Positions 1 through 9,902 of a stretch of DNA of 64,000 nucleotides are shown here, piece by piece. Positions within the stretch are counted from its first letter, which is position 1. Each line of letters opens with the position of its first letter. The stretch is from Gemmatimonadota bacterium (GTDB lineage Bacteria > Gemmatimonadota > Gemmatimonadetes > Palauibacterales > KS3-K002). The DNA lies in the NCBI GenBank assembly GCA_039586795.1, contig JBDHJS010000015.1:78798-142797 (forward strand), given 5' to 3'. The notes beneath the pieces were generated by a model. That model saw nothing but the letters and a program-made list of their open reading frames with translations. It was not told where the DNA came from and searched no databases. The translations under genes and the position numbers were made by a program.

Positions 1-485
1 TCGGGCGTCACGACTTCCTCAGGGGGCTGAGCGGGCGGCGAGTTCGAGATACCGTGATCCAGGGCGACTTTCCAAGAACCGTCGTCCTGTAGCTTCCAGA
101 ACGAGAAATAGTTGCCGAACGCAATGGCCTCGGCCGCCGGATCCTGCCTAAACTCCCATGGACCGGTGGTGAAACCGAGATCGCCCGCCTCGGAAATGTC
201 GGCAAAAGCCGGTCCCCATGAGAGAAGCCCGGGCGTCGATTCCCGACTGGCCAGGTCCTCCTGCGCATTCACGGCGCGAGGTCGAAAGAGGATGCCATCA
301 GCAGCCAGGTAGGCGATGAACGCATCGCGCGTCCCCAGTTCTGCAGCGGATCTCGAGAAGTCCCGTTCAGATTCGATCAGGGCATTCAAGTTGGATTCCC
401 GAGTGTCGGTCGAACAGGCTGTGCTGAGCGAGCAGCAAATCAGGATCAGGGCGGCGCCAGTCGATATTCGGTCAATGATTTTCAT
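1..485 (-). CDS. NTF2-like/DUF4440-type lipoprotein (3' end runs off the window)
   Basis: Not in the ORF track. Manual translation from ATG 485: MKIIDRISTGAALILICCSLSTAC (lipobox-like)...ERDFSRSAAELGTRDAFIAYLAADG...SWGPAFADISEAGDLGFTTGPW...GNYFSFWKLQDDGSWKVALDHG, which is typical of this family. Confidence 0.7.
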   Translation of the reverse strand, partial: MKIIDRISTGAALILICCSLSTACSTDTRESNLNALIESERDFSRSAAELGTRDAFIAYLAADGILFRPRAVNAQEDLASRESTPGLLSWGPAFADISEAGDLGFTTGPWEFRQDPAAEAIAFGNYFSFWKLQDDGSWKVALDHGISNSPPAQPPEEVVTP

Positions 486-574
486 ATCTAAAGCTATCCC
501 CCGAAATCGTGGCCCACAATCGTTCTGCCTACTACCTTGCTGAACATGCGGACAGTTGACGAACAGGTGACGAG

Positions 575-1639
575 ATGACTCTGGGGCCTGGAAGAACCTT
601 CAGGTTCGTCGCAGTGCGGGTTCTCGTGGCCGGGTTCTTGGGATCATCGTCAGCGACGGCGCTTGTGGCACAGCAAGCGCGGGATTCCACCTCTCACCTT
701 CAGGTCGTCTATCCTGCTGACGAGCGCGCCGCGGCCCGAGCGTTCTTGGGTTATGCAGAGGGCGTGTACGAATACATTGACACTCTGTTTGGTGGCGCGC
801 TCCCAGAAAAGCTCCACGTCACGTTGCTGAAAGACGCAAGGAGCGGCTCTTCGGGTCCCGAGCTTCACCTCAGTCTGCACCATGGTGCGGCGCTGCAGGC
901 GGTGTACGCAGCTGAGCTCAGCCGCGTGGCTGAGCGCGAGATCCTAAAAGAGTCGTACGAGCTGCAGGGCTATCGGTTCGTGACGGAAGGGCTGGCAAAC
1001 TGGGTGGAGGCGCGGTACGAGCGCCAGCTAGGTATTGAGAAGTCGAGAGACATCTGGGCGGCATACGCCTACGTGCTCGAGGCGACGTACCCGGAATACC
1101 TGGCATCGTACGAGCTGGCGGAGGAAGAACTGGGCAAGAACGTGGTCGATGCGGTAGGGTACAGCTTCGTGTCACACGTCTTCCAATTGCATGGTATGGA
1201 AGGTGTGCGATCGTTGCTGGACGCTATGGCGGTGAACGTCGACGTATGCTCGTCCCTTTCCGATTCCGGCGCGGACTGCGAGGAATTCGTGGACGGCTGG
1301 CAGTCCGCCTTGGCTGAACAAGCAAGGCGATACGATTTTGCGAGCTTGCCAGAGATATGGTCGTTGATCGAGGTGAGCGGACAAGGAGACCTCCGTGAGG
1401 TGGGGCTCCGCGTCTACATACAGAACCCGGAAAGCAGCGAGTTCACATTTTTCGTCTCATACATGATCGACGGTGAGCACTTCGAGGAGGCGTTTCCGGC
1501 TGACAGGAGCGAGTTCAGGGCGATCGTACCGCTGGGGACGATGAGGGAGGGGACCAAGCTGTTGTGGGAGGTCTCGGTCTGGTCGAGTACCGTGTTGGCG
1601 TGGAGAAAGAGCGGGTGGCAGGACCAGGTGATCCGCTAG
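575..1639 (+). CDS. Secreted protein with a degenerate peptidase MA (gluzincin)-like domain
   Basis: 354-aa ORF with signal-peptide-like N-terminus; TEGLANWVE resembles the gluzincin third-ligand motif, but AELSR stands where HExxH is expected. Confidence 0.55.
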   Translation: MTLGPGRTFRFVAVRVLVAGFLGSSSATALVAQQARDSTSHLQVVYPADERAAARAFLGYAEGVYEYIDTLFGGALPEKLHVTLLKDARSGSSGPELHLSLHHGAALQAVYAAELSRVAEREILKESYELQGYRFVTEGLANWVEARYERQLGIEKSRDIWAAYAYVLEATYPEYLASYELAEEELGKNVVDAVGYSFVSHVFQLHGMEGVRSLLDAMAVNVDVCSSLSDSGADCEEFVDGWQSALAEQARRYDFASLPEIWSLIEVSGQGDLREVGLRVYIQNPESSEFTFFVSYMIDGEHFEEAFPADRSEFRAIVPLGTMREGTKLLWEVSVWSSTVLAWRKSGWQDQVIR

Positions 1640-1708
1640 GGTGTTCGTATTGGGAATCGGGGAATTATTGAAGGTGAGTCTGGAATCGAGATACGGGAGT
1701 TTAGAAGT

Positions 1709-2611
1709 TCACTTAGTAAGGGATTCGTCCTCAGTGAAGACGGTGTCCATCACCAGTTTGGGGTGGATGTCGGCGAGCTCGTTGGCGATCTTGCGGCGAA
1801 TATCGTCTAGCGTCTTGACGCGGTCGAGGCGGAAGCTCTGGGGTACGACGATCTGGATGAGCACGTAAAAGTAGCGACCCACCTTTGACATCCGCACGTA
1901 CGTCTTCTCAACAGCCAGTCCTTGCATCGCTCGGTTGAATCGACCCCTCACCTCATGTTGCAGGGGAGGGGGCGGAGCGATCACCAGCAGCTCGGCCACA
2001 TTGTCTTTCACGGTCTTGACCGGCACCCAGATGAGCACGATCACGAGGACGGCCAACAGTACCGGATCGACGTAAGGCACGAGATTCGACCAGCGGGTGC
2101 CTGCCAACAAGAAAGCGAGTAGGAATGCGGCTCCGACGCCGGCGTTCACGAAGAAGTCGAGCGTCCAGTTCTTCACGTCGACTTCGAGCAGTGGGGAATG
2201 TGTCTTCTTCGCCCAGGACCGCTCGAGAAAAGCGATCAGTAAGCAACCGCTTGCGGCGACAACAGCGTAGACGACCGCCCAACCCGCGTCGAGTGAGCGC
2301 CCGCCTTGGAACAGGGACCTGACGGCGGAGGCGAGGGCGAGGGCGCAGACGACGAGTATGAGCAGTCCTTTGATCGTGTTTAGAAACGGCTCGAAGTAGG
2401 CGTACCCGAAGTGGAAATGTTCGTCGTCTGGCCCCTCCACAAGCTCGGCCACTTTGAGCGTTAGGAGTCCGATGACGAACGAAATAAGAGAGAAGATACC
2501 GCTCAACATGATGGCGTCTGAGCTCGTCAGGATAGCGAAGCTGATGCCGAGGATGGCCATGCCAAGGTAGGCGAACGCCGAAAGCCGTAGAGCAAGTATC
2601 TCTTTGTTCAC
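1709..2611 (-). CDS. Cation diffusion facilitator (CDF) family transporter
   Basis: About six TM segments, PDDEHFHFGYAYFEP motif, WTLD and YVDP motifs, soluble C-terminal domain. Confidence 0.85.
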   Translation of the reverse strand: MNKEILALRLSAFAYLGMAILGISFAILTSSDAIMLSGIFSLISFVIGLLTLKVAELVEGPDDEHFHFGYAYFEPFLNTIKGLLILVVCALALASAVRSLFQGGRSLDAGWAVVYAVVAASGCLLIAFLERSWAKKTHSPLLEVDVKNWTLDFFVNAGVGAAFLLAFLLAGTRWSNLVPYVDPVLLAVLVIVLIWVPVKTVKDNVAELLVIAPPPPLQHEVRGRFNRAMQGLAVEKTYVRMSKVGRYFYVLIQIVVPQSFRLDRVKTLDDIRRKIANELADIHPKLVMDTVFTEDESLTK

Positions 2612-2647
2612 TTAGGGACCGCGTTGCTGGTGTTCATCTGCGGTGGC

Positions 2648-3646
2648 TCAGAAGAAGTAGCGCAGGTTAATGGTCGTGCCAGTGGTCTTCGAGCTTTCCT
2701 GGTTCCGCAGAGGTGTAAGCGCCCCAAAGATGTCGATGCTGAAACTGAATTGGGGACGTCCAGTGTAGGCGATGCTCAGACCGAGCGACTGCACGTCGCC
2801 AGTGATGTCTTCGCCGCCTTCCGGGAACGAATCCAGATCGTAGCTGAGCACGAAGCCGATCGGCACAGCTGTCAGAACGCCAAGATCGGCGTCGACGGCG
2901 ATTCCGAAATCATAGAACCATTCGCTGTCGCTCGTTCGGGTTACCGATTCGCCATAACCCGTTCCCCCGTTTGCGACCAGACCGAAAGCCGGGCTGATCG
3001 CCCAGGCGAAGCGGAGGCCACCACCGCCGCGCGTTGCCGGAACGTTCCTGACTAGGCTGGCGGGGTTACCGTTGATGATATCGTCGACAAAACGCTCAAT
3101 ACTGATCGCAGTATATCTTCGATTCGCTAGCTTCAGCTCGCCGGAAAGCATCGTCCGGTTGCTTGTGAATAGCTTGAACAGCCACCCGAACTCGAACCCC
3201 GTAGCCGCGGTTATGCCCTGGGTCAAGAGCGCCTGAACACCACTGCCCAGGCGGCCGACGATGCGGAATTGCGCACGCACGGCGAGCCAGGAAGCGATGG
3301 CTTGCTGGTACTCGAAGTCCAGGTTGGCGAATATGAGATCGCCCTGAAGGCCGAGAACCTCGACTGTATCGATTTCGATCACCGGGATATTGACGTCGAG
3401 GGCCTTCCCGATCCCGACGGAGTTGCGCAGAAACGTCTTAATGAACGGGTTGGGCACATGTTCCGTAGGAATGAACGTATGGCCGCCAAGCCGTGGCAGT
3501 CTGATGTCAGCTTCGGCGTATCCGCCGCCCGTCGTTTGCGCACTCACCGGGTGCGGGAGTGCCAAGTAAGGCAGAGCAATGAAGACGAAGGACCAAGGGG
3601 CCGACATCCGCGATGACAGTCGTCCGGCCTGTGGAACGTTCTTCAT
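2648..3646 (-). CDS. Putative outer-membrane beta-barrel protein, paralog A
   Basis: Signal peptide ending VSA-Q, amphipathic strands, C-terminal INLRYFF (BAM-type signal); start moved to ATG 3646, just after the upstream stop. Confidence 0.65.
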   Translation of the reverse strand: MKNVPQAGRLSSRMSAPWSFVFIALPYLALPHPVSAQTTGGGYAEADIRLPRLGGHTFIPTEHVPNPFIKTFLRNSVGIGKALDVNIPVIEIDTVEVLGLQGDLIFANLDFEYQQAIASWLAVRAQFRIVGRLGSGVQALLTQGITAATGFEFGWLFKLFTSNRTMLSGELKLANRRYTAISIERFVDDIINGNPASLVRNVPATRGGGGLRFAWAISPAFGLVANGGTGYGESVTRTSDSEWFYDFGIAVDADLGVLTAVPIGFVLSYDLDSFPEGGEDITGDVQSLGLSIAYTGRPQFSFSIDIFGALTPLRNQESSKTTGTTINLRYFF

Positions 3647-3650
3647 GAGA

Positions 3651-4301
3651 TCACTCCCGCCCCAGTGGAAGTAAGACACCGGCGTAGAACTGGAAGCCGC
3701 TGGTTCGGAATCTGACCGGCAACGACTCCTCGTCGGGGTTCTCTTCCGAGTTGGCAATGTTGAGGATCGCCTGCTCGTATCGCAGCTCCAGCGTCAGGAG
3801 CGGCGAGCCGATGGGCAATTGCACGCCGAAGGCGAAGTCGGCGGACAGATCGATCTCATGAAAGAGACGGCTGACGTCGGATGACCCGGTGCTCGTGGTT
3901 GCCGTGGCATCGACCAAGTACCCCAGGTTGACCCCGCCGGAGACGTAGGTCTTACCACTACCGGTGACGACCTTGAGCAGAATCGGCATCGTGACGTAGT
4001 CGAGCCTGAAGTCGACGCTGTCGCGCTCCTCTTCCTCCTCCGGGAGCTTCACGGCAAGCGTGAATGGGCGCTGCAGGTACATCGGCTGCAGGCTCAGCTT
4101 CACGTTCTCGGCCAGCGGAATCTCGCCGACAATTCCAGCCGCGAAGCCCGTTCCGCTCTTATACGAGGTGTTGGAAGGTGCATCACCACTGAGGCTCGTA
4201 AGGTTCACGCCAACTTGCGCTCCGACGGCGAATTGGGCGTTAGCCGATGTCGCTTCGACCAGGCTCAGAACACACGCGGCTAGCAGGAGGTATCTTGTCA
4301 T
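3651..4301 (-). CDS. Porin family (OMP_b-brl_2/PorT-like) outer-membrane protein
   Basis: Signal peptide ANA-Q; AVGAQVGVNLTSL, LQPMYLQR, LDYVTMPILLK and LELRYEQ strands are typical of the family. Confidence 0.75.
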   Translation of the reverse strand: MTRYLLLAACVLSLVEATSANAQFAVGAQVGVNLTSLSGDAPSNTSYKSGTGFAAGIVGEIPLAENVKLSLQPMYLQRPFTLAVKLPEEEEERDSVDFRLDYVTMPILLKVVTGSGKTYVSGGVNLGYLVDATATTSTGSSDVSRLFHEIDLSADFAFGVQLPIGSPLLTLELRYEQAILNIANSEENPDEESLPVRFRTSGFQFYAGVLLPLGRE

Positions 4302-4371
4302 GGTCGATCTCGTTGCTTTTGCGGTGCAGGAGTTGGGGAAGAATAGTGCGTTTCGTCAGGTCGGGCTACGG

Positions 4372-5373
4372 TCAGAAGTAGTAGCGAAGGTTGATGGTCG
4401 TGCTGCCGTTCTTGGAGGGATCCTCCTGGCCGCGCAGCGGTGTGATCGCCAGGTCCATGTCAATGCTCAGGCTGAACTGGGGCCGTCCGGTGTAGGCGAT
4501 CTTCAGAAAGAAGGTGTGAACATCGCCCGTGACATTGGCACCTCCCTCCGGGAAAGAATCGACTTCGTATCCGAAGACGAAACCGATCGGCAAGGTGGTA
4601 GGGACCCCGACGTCGACATCGACGGCGATACCAGCCTCATAGAACGCCTCGTCGTCGTCCTCGCGATCGACGGATTCGCCGTAGCCGGCGCTGGCATCGG
4701 CTGTGAAGCCGACAGTTGGGCTGATCGCCCACGCAAAGCTGCCCCCAGCGCCGCCCCTCATCGAGGGGGTCGTCTTCACCAGGCCGGCCGGCCGACCGGC
4801 CACGATGTCTTTGAGGAACTGTTCAAGGTTGATCGTCGTGAAGTGTCTGTTGGTGAGACTGAGAGTGCCGGACAGCATCGTCCGCTCGCTGGCGAACAGC
4901 TTGAAGAGCCAGCCTAACTCGAAGCCTGTGGCGGCTGTTATTCCCTGGGCGAGGAGCGCTTCCACGCCGTTGCCGAGGCGGCCCACAACACGAAACTCGC
5001 CGCGCACTGCTAGCCACGGTGTGACTTCTTGCTGGTACTCGAAGTCCAGGTTGGCGAAGACGATATCGCCGGTCAGACCGAGAAGTACAAGCGTATCGGT
5101 ATCGATGAGTGGGAACGTGACGTCGTAAGCTCTACCCAATCCCACCGAACTACGAACAAACGTGTTGATTAGTGGGTCCGGCACACGGCGCGTTGGGATG
5201 AACGTATGCCCGCCGAGGCGCGGCAGTCGTATCTCCTCGCTCTTCACGCCGCCACCTGTCTGTAATGTTGCGGGAACAGCGCTCAAATGCAGTGCCAACA
5301 AAGCCAGCACGGTGCCGCGCTGAACTAGTCGGCACCTTGAAGCCCCGTCGCTGACGGTGATCGTGCTCTTCAA
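4372..5373 (-). CDS. Putative outer-membrane beta-barrel protein, paralog B
   Basis: Collinear with 2648-3646 (shared IRLPRLGGHTFIPT, FANLDFEYQQ, QGITAATGFE, IAYTGRPQFS); ends INLRYYF; TTG start at 5373 has a GGAG RBS. Confidence 0.65.
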   Translation of the reverse strand: MKSTITVSDGASRCRLVQRGTVLALLALHLSAVPATLQTGGGVKSEEIRLPRLGGHTFIPTRRVPDPLINTFVRSSVGLGRAYDVTFPLIDTDTLVLLGLTGDIVFANLDFEYQQEVTPWLAVRGEFRVVGRLGNGVEALLAQGITAATGFELGWLFKLFASERTMLSGTLSLTNRHFTTINLEQFLKDIVAGRPAGLVKTTPSMRGGAGGSFAWAISPTVGFTADASAGYGESVDREDDDEAFYEAGIAVDVDVGVPTTLPIGFVFGYEVDSFPEGGANVTGDVHTFFLKIAYTGRPQFSLSIDMDLAITPLRGQEDPSKNGSTTINLRYYF

Positions 5374-5951
5374 ATCACTTCTCCACTCTACTCCATAGCG
5401 CAACGCAGTTGGACTGCAAAGCGCACTGGCGTCTAAGCGGGTTGGGGAAGAGTAGAATACTCGGCCAGGCGGGTGCTGCTACCAGAGTACGGCGTGGGGA
5501 GCGAAGAGAGTAGTAAATACGGAAGGCGACGCCGGGTGGGGCAGCAGCTTTAGAGCGGAGAGTCCCTGGCGCTGCCGCGGGAACTTGAGCGTCCCACCAC
5601 CCACCGACCTGGCACCGCCTGACGGCGGCCGGCCCCGTATACCGGCGGCGTCACCCGTGTTGGGGCCGTCGTCGCGAACATCTTAGTCGACGATCAGCCT
5701 GCAGCTGCTGTACAAAAGCACCCTGGCGTCAAATCAGCGTCAAAAGCCAGGCGGGCTGCCGTCTCAGAACCCGTGGACGTGGCTAAAGTGTCAGCGAAGG
5801 CCAGGGCAAGTGTGACTTGATCCACAAAAAGCGCCCGACACCACAAGGAGAATGCGCTCTTCTCCCGGGCATCGGGCGCAACACGGGGCACCCGGAATAG
5901 CAAGGGTACCATCTCATAGAACCCTCGGCCTCCGGGCCAGTTCCCCAGGTC

Positions 5952-6899
5952 TCAACCGAGTTTTTGCCAGGCCGCCTCGGCAATGGCCGCATCTTGGGCG
6001 CCGACGCCGGTGAGGTCACAGATGATAAGCTCGTCAGCCTCGCGACCCGGCTTGGCACCGATCACGATTTGGCCGAGCTCGGCGTGGACGGAGTCGGAGC
6101 TCAAGGCCCCCTCTTCGATGGCGTGGTGGAGCTCGCCGAGGCTGGCGCATTGAGCGAGACGGTCGACGACGATCTTGTCCGCCCTGGTCAAGGCGGCCGT
6201 GGGTAGCTCCCGCTTGTCGGGGCCGTCGGAGCCGACGGCGACCACAGTGGCGTGTGACTGAAGGCTGTCGGCGGCGATCAGCGGCTCGCGACTGGGGGTC
6301 ACGGTGATGATCAGGTCTGCCTCTCGGACAGCATCATCGGGCGTTTCGGCAGCGGTGAACGGGATGTCCAACTCGGCTTGCATCTCGCTGCAATAGCGGG
6401 AGAGGCGCTCCGGGTTTGGACTCCAGGCCGCGGTCGCGGACCACTCGCGGACGCCTGCCAACGCTCGGAGCTGGAAACGAGCTTGAACTCCGGAGCCGAG
6501 GACGGCGACCGACTCGAGCCGTTCGTGGCTGAGGAGCTTGGCCGTGAGCGCTCCAGCTGCGGCCGTACGGAGGTCGGTCAAATAGGCGTTGTCCTGAAGC
6601 AGGACGGTGGGGAAGCCAGTCTCAGCGTCGAAGACGAGGATCAGTCCTGCACCGCTTGGCAGGCCGCGCTCGACGTTCCGGTAGAAGCCGCTGGCGATCT
6701 TGATCGCGAAAACCGGGGCTCCGTCCAGATGAGCCGATTTAACGTGGACCTCTCCGTGGGCGTCTGAGAGGTGAAGCCCCATAGGGGGAGGCAGATTGAC
6801 GGCATCGGCACCCAAGGCACGGAACGCCGCTTCGGCCGCAGCGAGTGCCTCCGGCTCTTTAATGGCGCCGCGGATCGTGGCCTCGTCTATCGTTTTCAC
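5952..6899 (-). CDS. Ornithine cyclodeaminase/mu-crystallin family protein
   Basis: LTDLRTAAAG, VLGSGVQA (Rossmann), VGSDGPDKREL and DLTGVGAQD motifs. Confidence 0.9.
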   Translation of the reverse strand: MKTIDEATIRGAIKEPEALAAAEAAFRALGADAVNLPPPMGLHLSDAHGEVHVKSAHLDGAPVFAIKIASGFYRNVERGLPSGAGLILVFDAETGFPTVLLQDNAYLTDLRTAAAGALTAKLLSHERLESVAVLGSGVQARFQLRALAGVREWSATAAWSPNPERLSRYCSEMQAELDIPFTAAETPDDAVREADLIITVTPSREPLIAADSLQSHATVVAVGSDGPDKRELPTAALTRADKIVVDRLAQCASLGELHHAIEEGALSSDSVHAELGQIVIGAKPGREADELIICDLTGVGAQDAAIAEAAWQKLG

Positions 6900-7090
6900 A
6901 GGCGTTCTCCAACGTTTCGTGGGGCTTGGCTGTCTTTAGTTTGAAGCGTAGATCGGGATATGTCCATGCGGGTTGCCCGAAGGGCTGCAGCCCGCCGTGG
7001 ACTATCCTCATGGATTGACCGGAGTTGGAGTCTGGAAGAGATTCCAGCAGTATCTCATGAGCTGCCACATTCTATGAGGGGAGAGACGCA

Positions 7091-7987
7091 ATGTTGAGGA
7101 ATCTCGGCCGGGGCGCGTTTGCCGGCCTCGTAGTGCTAGCCGGCGGAGCCTGCGGAGATGACGAGCAGCAGCAGATCAACAACCCGCCGCCTCAGGTCGC
7201 GCTGATGACGGCGTACGTCGAGTCGATCAAGACATTGGACGGGTCTGTAGCGGGCACGTTCGTCTCCGATAGCGCACCCACACCCGACGGTGGCCCGACC
7301 GCTACGGTTGGAGCCAACGGAACCGTGGTGTGGGGTGGCGCGCAGCAGACGTCGTTGAGCGGTTCGGGCGACTTCAGGAAAGTGATCGTCTCGGTTGACG
7401 GCGCCGCCGGACACTACAGCATCGATCTTGGAGCGGACACGGCAGACGTGGAACTTGTGCTAACTTATGCGACGCGTATCCCGGCCACGAACTTTGACCT
7501 CAGGTTCCAGCTGGAGACGCAAGATGGCACGGTGGGTGATGTAGTCGCGCAGAACATGGATCGTGTTGCCGTCGGAACGGGCGTCGTGCAGGTCACCGTG
7601 ACCTGGAACACGGGCGCCGACCTCGACCTTCACCTGGTTGAACCGAGTGGGGAAGAGATCTTCTTTGATCATACGGCGGGGGACAAGGACATATTCCCGT
7701 CGGGTGCCCCTTCATCGGCATCGGGCGGCGAGCTCGATCTCACTTCGAACCTGGACTGCGCGGATGGGTCTCGTAACGAGAACATCTACTGGTCGAACAA
7801 CGCGCTTTCGGGTATGTACACCGTTCGGTTGGCGCTCATAAGCCCGTGCGGAGCTGCGGCGAGCGACTACGTGGTGACGGTCCGCATGCAGGGACGCGCC
7901 CCGCTGCAGTTCAAGGGCACGATTGACGGACCGCCGACCGGCGGAAACCAAGGAGCGGGCTACCAGGTTGGCACGTTCCTATTCTAG
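7091..7987 (+). CDS. Lipoprotein with YfaP/DUF2135-like C-terminal domain
   Basis: Lipobox-like GGAC-G; VQVTVTWNTGADLDLHLVEPSGEEI, GGELDL and ENIYW motifs. Confidence 0.7.
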   Translation: MLRNLGRGAFAGLVVLAGGACGDDEQQQINNPPPQVALMTAYVESIKTLDGSVAGTFVSDSAPTPDGGPTATVGANGTVVWGGAQQTSLSGSGDFRKVIVSVDGAAGHYSIDLGADTADVELVLTYATRIPATNFDLRFQLETQDGTVGDVVAQNMDRVAVGTGVVQVTVTWNTGADLDLHLVEPSGEEIFFDHTAGDKDIFPSGAPSSASGGELDLTSNLDCADGSRNENIYWSNNALSGMYTVRLALISPCGAAASDYVVTVRMQGRAPLQFKGTIDGPPTGGNQGAGYQVGTFLF

Positions 7988-8034
7988 ATGACTTCGAAGC
8001 AGGCTTGGCGGTCTCAAGTCGAGCTGAGTGAACG

Positions 8035-8069
8035 GGGCCGCTGGCATCGAGTCAGCGGCCCTTACTTTT
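8035..8069 (+). terminator. Probable intrinsic terminator
   Basis: gggccgctggc/gtcagcggccc stem followed by ttactttt. Confidence 0.55.
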
Positions 8070-8167
8070 GTGGCTCGGCTGACTGGACGGCACCGCCCTG
8101 ACGTCCCATCTTGCGTGCGGCTGATCTGCCGCGCCCAACCAGCCCACCGCAAAAGTACACAGGAATC

Positions 8168-9844
8168 ATGACGACGAAGACGAGCCCATTGAAGAGCGTG
8201 ACTCCGGCGGAGTACCAACCGGATCTACCCTTGGAGCGATTGGTGTTGGAGTCCGAACCCGGCGAAGAGGCGGTTCCGGTGGATGTGTTGTTCGTCGGTG
8301 GCGGACCCTCCGGTCTGGCGGGGGCGATAGAGCTTGCCCGGCTAGTGAAGGCGGATAATGAGAATGGCGACGGGATCGGGGAGGTCGAGATCGGGGTCCT
8401 GGAGAAAGCAGGATCGCTGGGCGAGCATTGTCTCTCCGGGGCCATCGTAAATCCGGGCCCATTCCGTGAGCTGTTTCCTGAAGTGAGCGAGACAGACCTT
8501 CCTTTTTGCCGCCCGGCGCCGAAGGATCATGTCTACATGCTCAAGGCAAAGGGCGGCCGTCGGATTCCGACACCGCCAACGATGCACAACAAGGGCAACT
8601 ACGTTGCCTCGATTTGCGAGATCGTACGCTGGATGGGCGATCGGGCGGAAGCTGAGGGCATAAACATTTTCACGGGTTTCCCCGCGGAAGCGCTGCTGGC
8701 GGACGGCGGGCGCGTGCTTGGTGTTAGAACGGTTCCGATGGGCCTGGACCGCGACGGCAACGCCGGCGGGGGCTACGAGCCGCCAGCGGACGTCACGGCG
8801 CGTGTCACGGTGCTCTGCGAGGGTACGCGGGGACCGCTGACACAGGCGTGGCTGGAGCGGGAGCAGGTACGCGCGCAGAACCCGCAGATCTTCGCGCTGG
8901 GGGTGAAGGAGCTCTGGCAGGTGAAGCGGCCGCTGGAGAACGTGATCCACACGATGGGTTGGCCGCTGCCCAAGGATGCGTTCGGCGGTAGCTGGCTGTA
9001 CCCGATGGCGGACGATCTCATTTCGATCGGGCTCGTCGTCGGCCTCGACTACCGCCAGACGACGCTTGATGTCCACGTTCTGCTTCAGCAGTTGAAGGAG
9101 CATCCGCTTGTCGCGCCTTATCTGGAAGGCGGCGAGCTTCTGGAGTGGGGCGCGAAGACGATCCCGGAGGGCGGGTACTACGCATTACCGCAGCGGATGC
9201 ACGGCGATGGCCTGCTGATCGCCGGCGACGCGGCGGGATTCGTGGATGTGCCGTCACTAAAGGGGATACACTATGCGGTGCAATCCGGGATGTTCGCGGC
9301 CCGGGCGATCTTCAAAGCCCTGAAAGCAGATGACACTTCAGCCTCCGGGCTGGCGGATTACGACGCGATGGTACGTGACAGCTTCGTCGGCAAAGACCTC
9401 TATCAGACTCGCAATATGCGGCTGGCCTTCAAGTCAGGGTTCTATGGCGGCGGGTTGAAGGCGGCGCTGATGTCGATGTCGCGCGGCGCGATCTTCGGCG
9501 GTCGAATCGAAGTGCCGGCCGATGCGGATGAGCCGCGGGACGTGACGCCCGCGCCTGAGTTCTCTGCCGATGGCCAGCGCACGATCAGCAAGGTCGACGC
9601 GGTGTTCCGTTCCGGCAACGCAACGCGTGACGACATTCCGTCCCATCTCATCGTAGGGAAGGATGTGCCACCTGAGGTCGCCGATCTTTACGTGCACATG
9701 TGTCCAGCAGGCGTCTACGAGCGCGATGGCGACAAGCTGGTGGTGAACGCGCCGAATTGCGTCGATTGCAAGGCGACCGACGTGATCGGGCCCCGGTGGA
9801 CGCCTCGCGAAGGCGGCAGCGGTCCAGCCTATAAGCGGATGTAG
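8168..9844 (+). CDS. Electron transfer flavoprotein-quinone oxidoreductase (ETF-QO; FixC/FixX-like)
   Basis: VGGGPSG FAD motif, HCLSGA, GVKELW, WGAKTIPEGG, GDAAGFVDVPSLKGIH, C-terminal CPAGVYE...NCVDC ferredoxin-like domain. Confidence 0.9.
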   Translation: MTTKTSPLKSVTPAEYQPDLPLERLVLESEPGEEAVPVDVLFVGGGPSGLAGAIELARLVKADNENGDGIGEVEIGVLEKAGSLGEHCLSGAIVNPGPFRELFPEVSETDLPFCRPAPKDHVYMLKAKGGRRIPTPPTMHNKGNYVASICEIVRWMGDRAEAEGINIFTGFPAEALLADGGRVLGVRTVPMGLDRDGNAGGGYEPPADVTARVTVLCEGTRGPLTQAWLEREQVRAQNPQIFALGVKELWQVKRPLENVIHTMGWPLPKDAFGGSWLYPMADDLISIGLVVGLDYRQTTLDVHVLLQQLKEHPLVAPYLEGGELLEWGAKTIPEGGYYALPQRMHGDGLLIAGDAAGFVDVPSLKGIHYAVQSGMFAARAIFKALKADDTSASGLADYDAMVRDSFVGKDLYQTRNMRLAFKSGFYGGGLKAALMSMSRGAIFGGRIEVPADADEPRDVTPAPEFSADGQRTISKVDAVFRSGNATRDDIPSHLIVGKDVPPEVADLYVHMCPAGVYERDGDKLVVNAPNCVDCKATDVIGPRWTPREGGSGPAYKRM

Positions 9845-9902
9845 TCCGGTCCGGAGCGAGCTTGGGGCGTAACGACGACTTGGGCTGTCATTTGGGGGAG
9901 CG

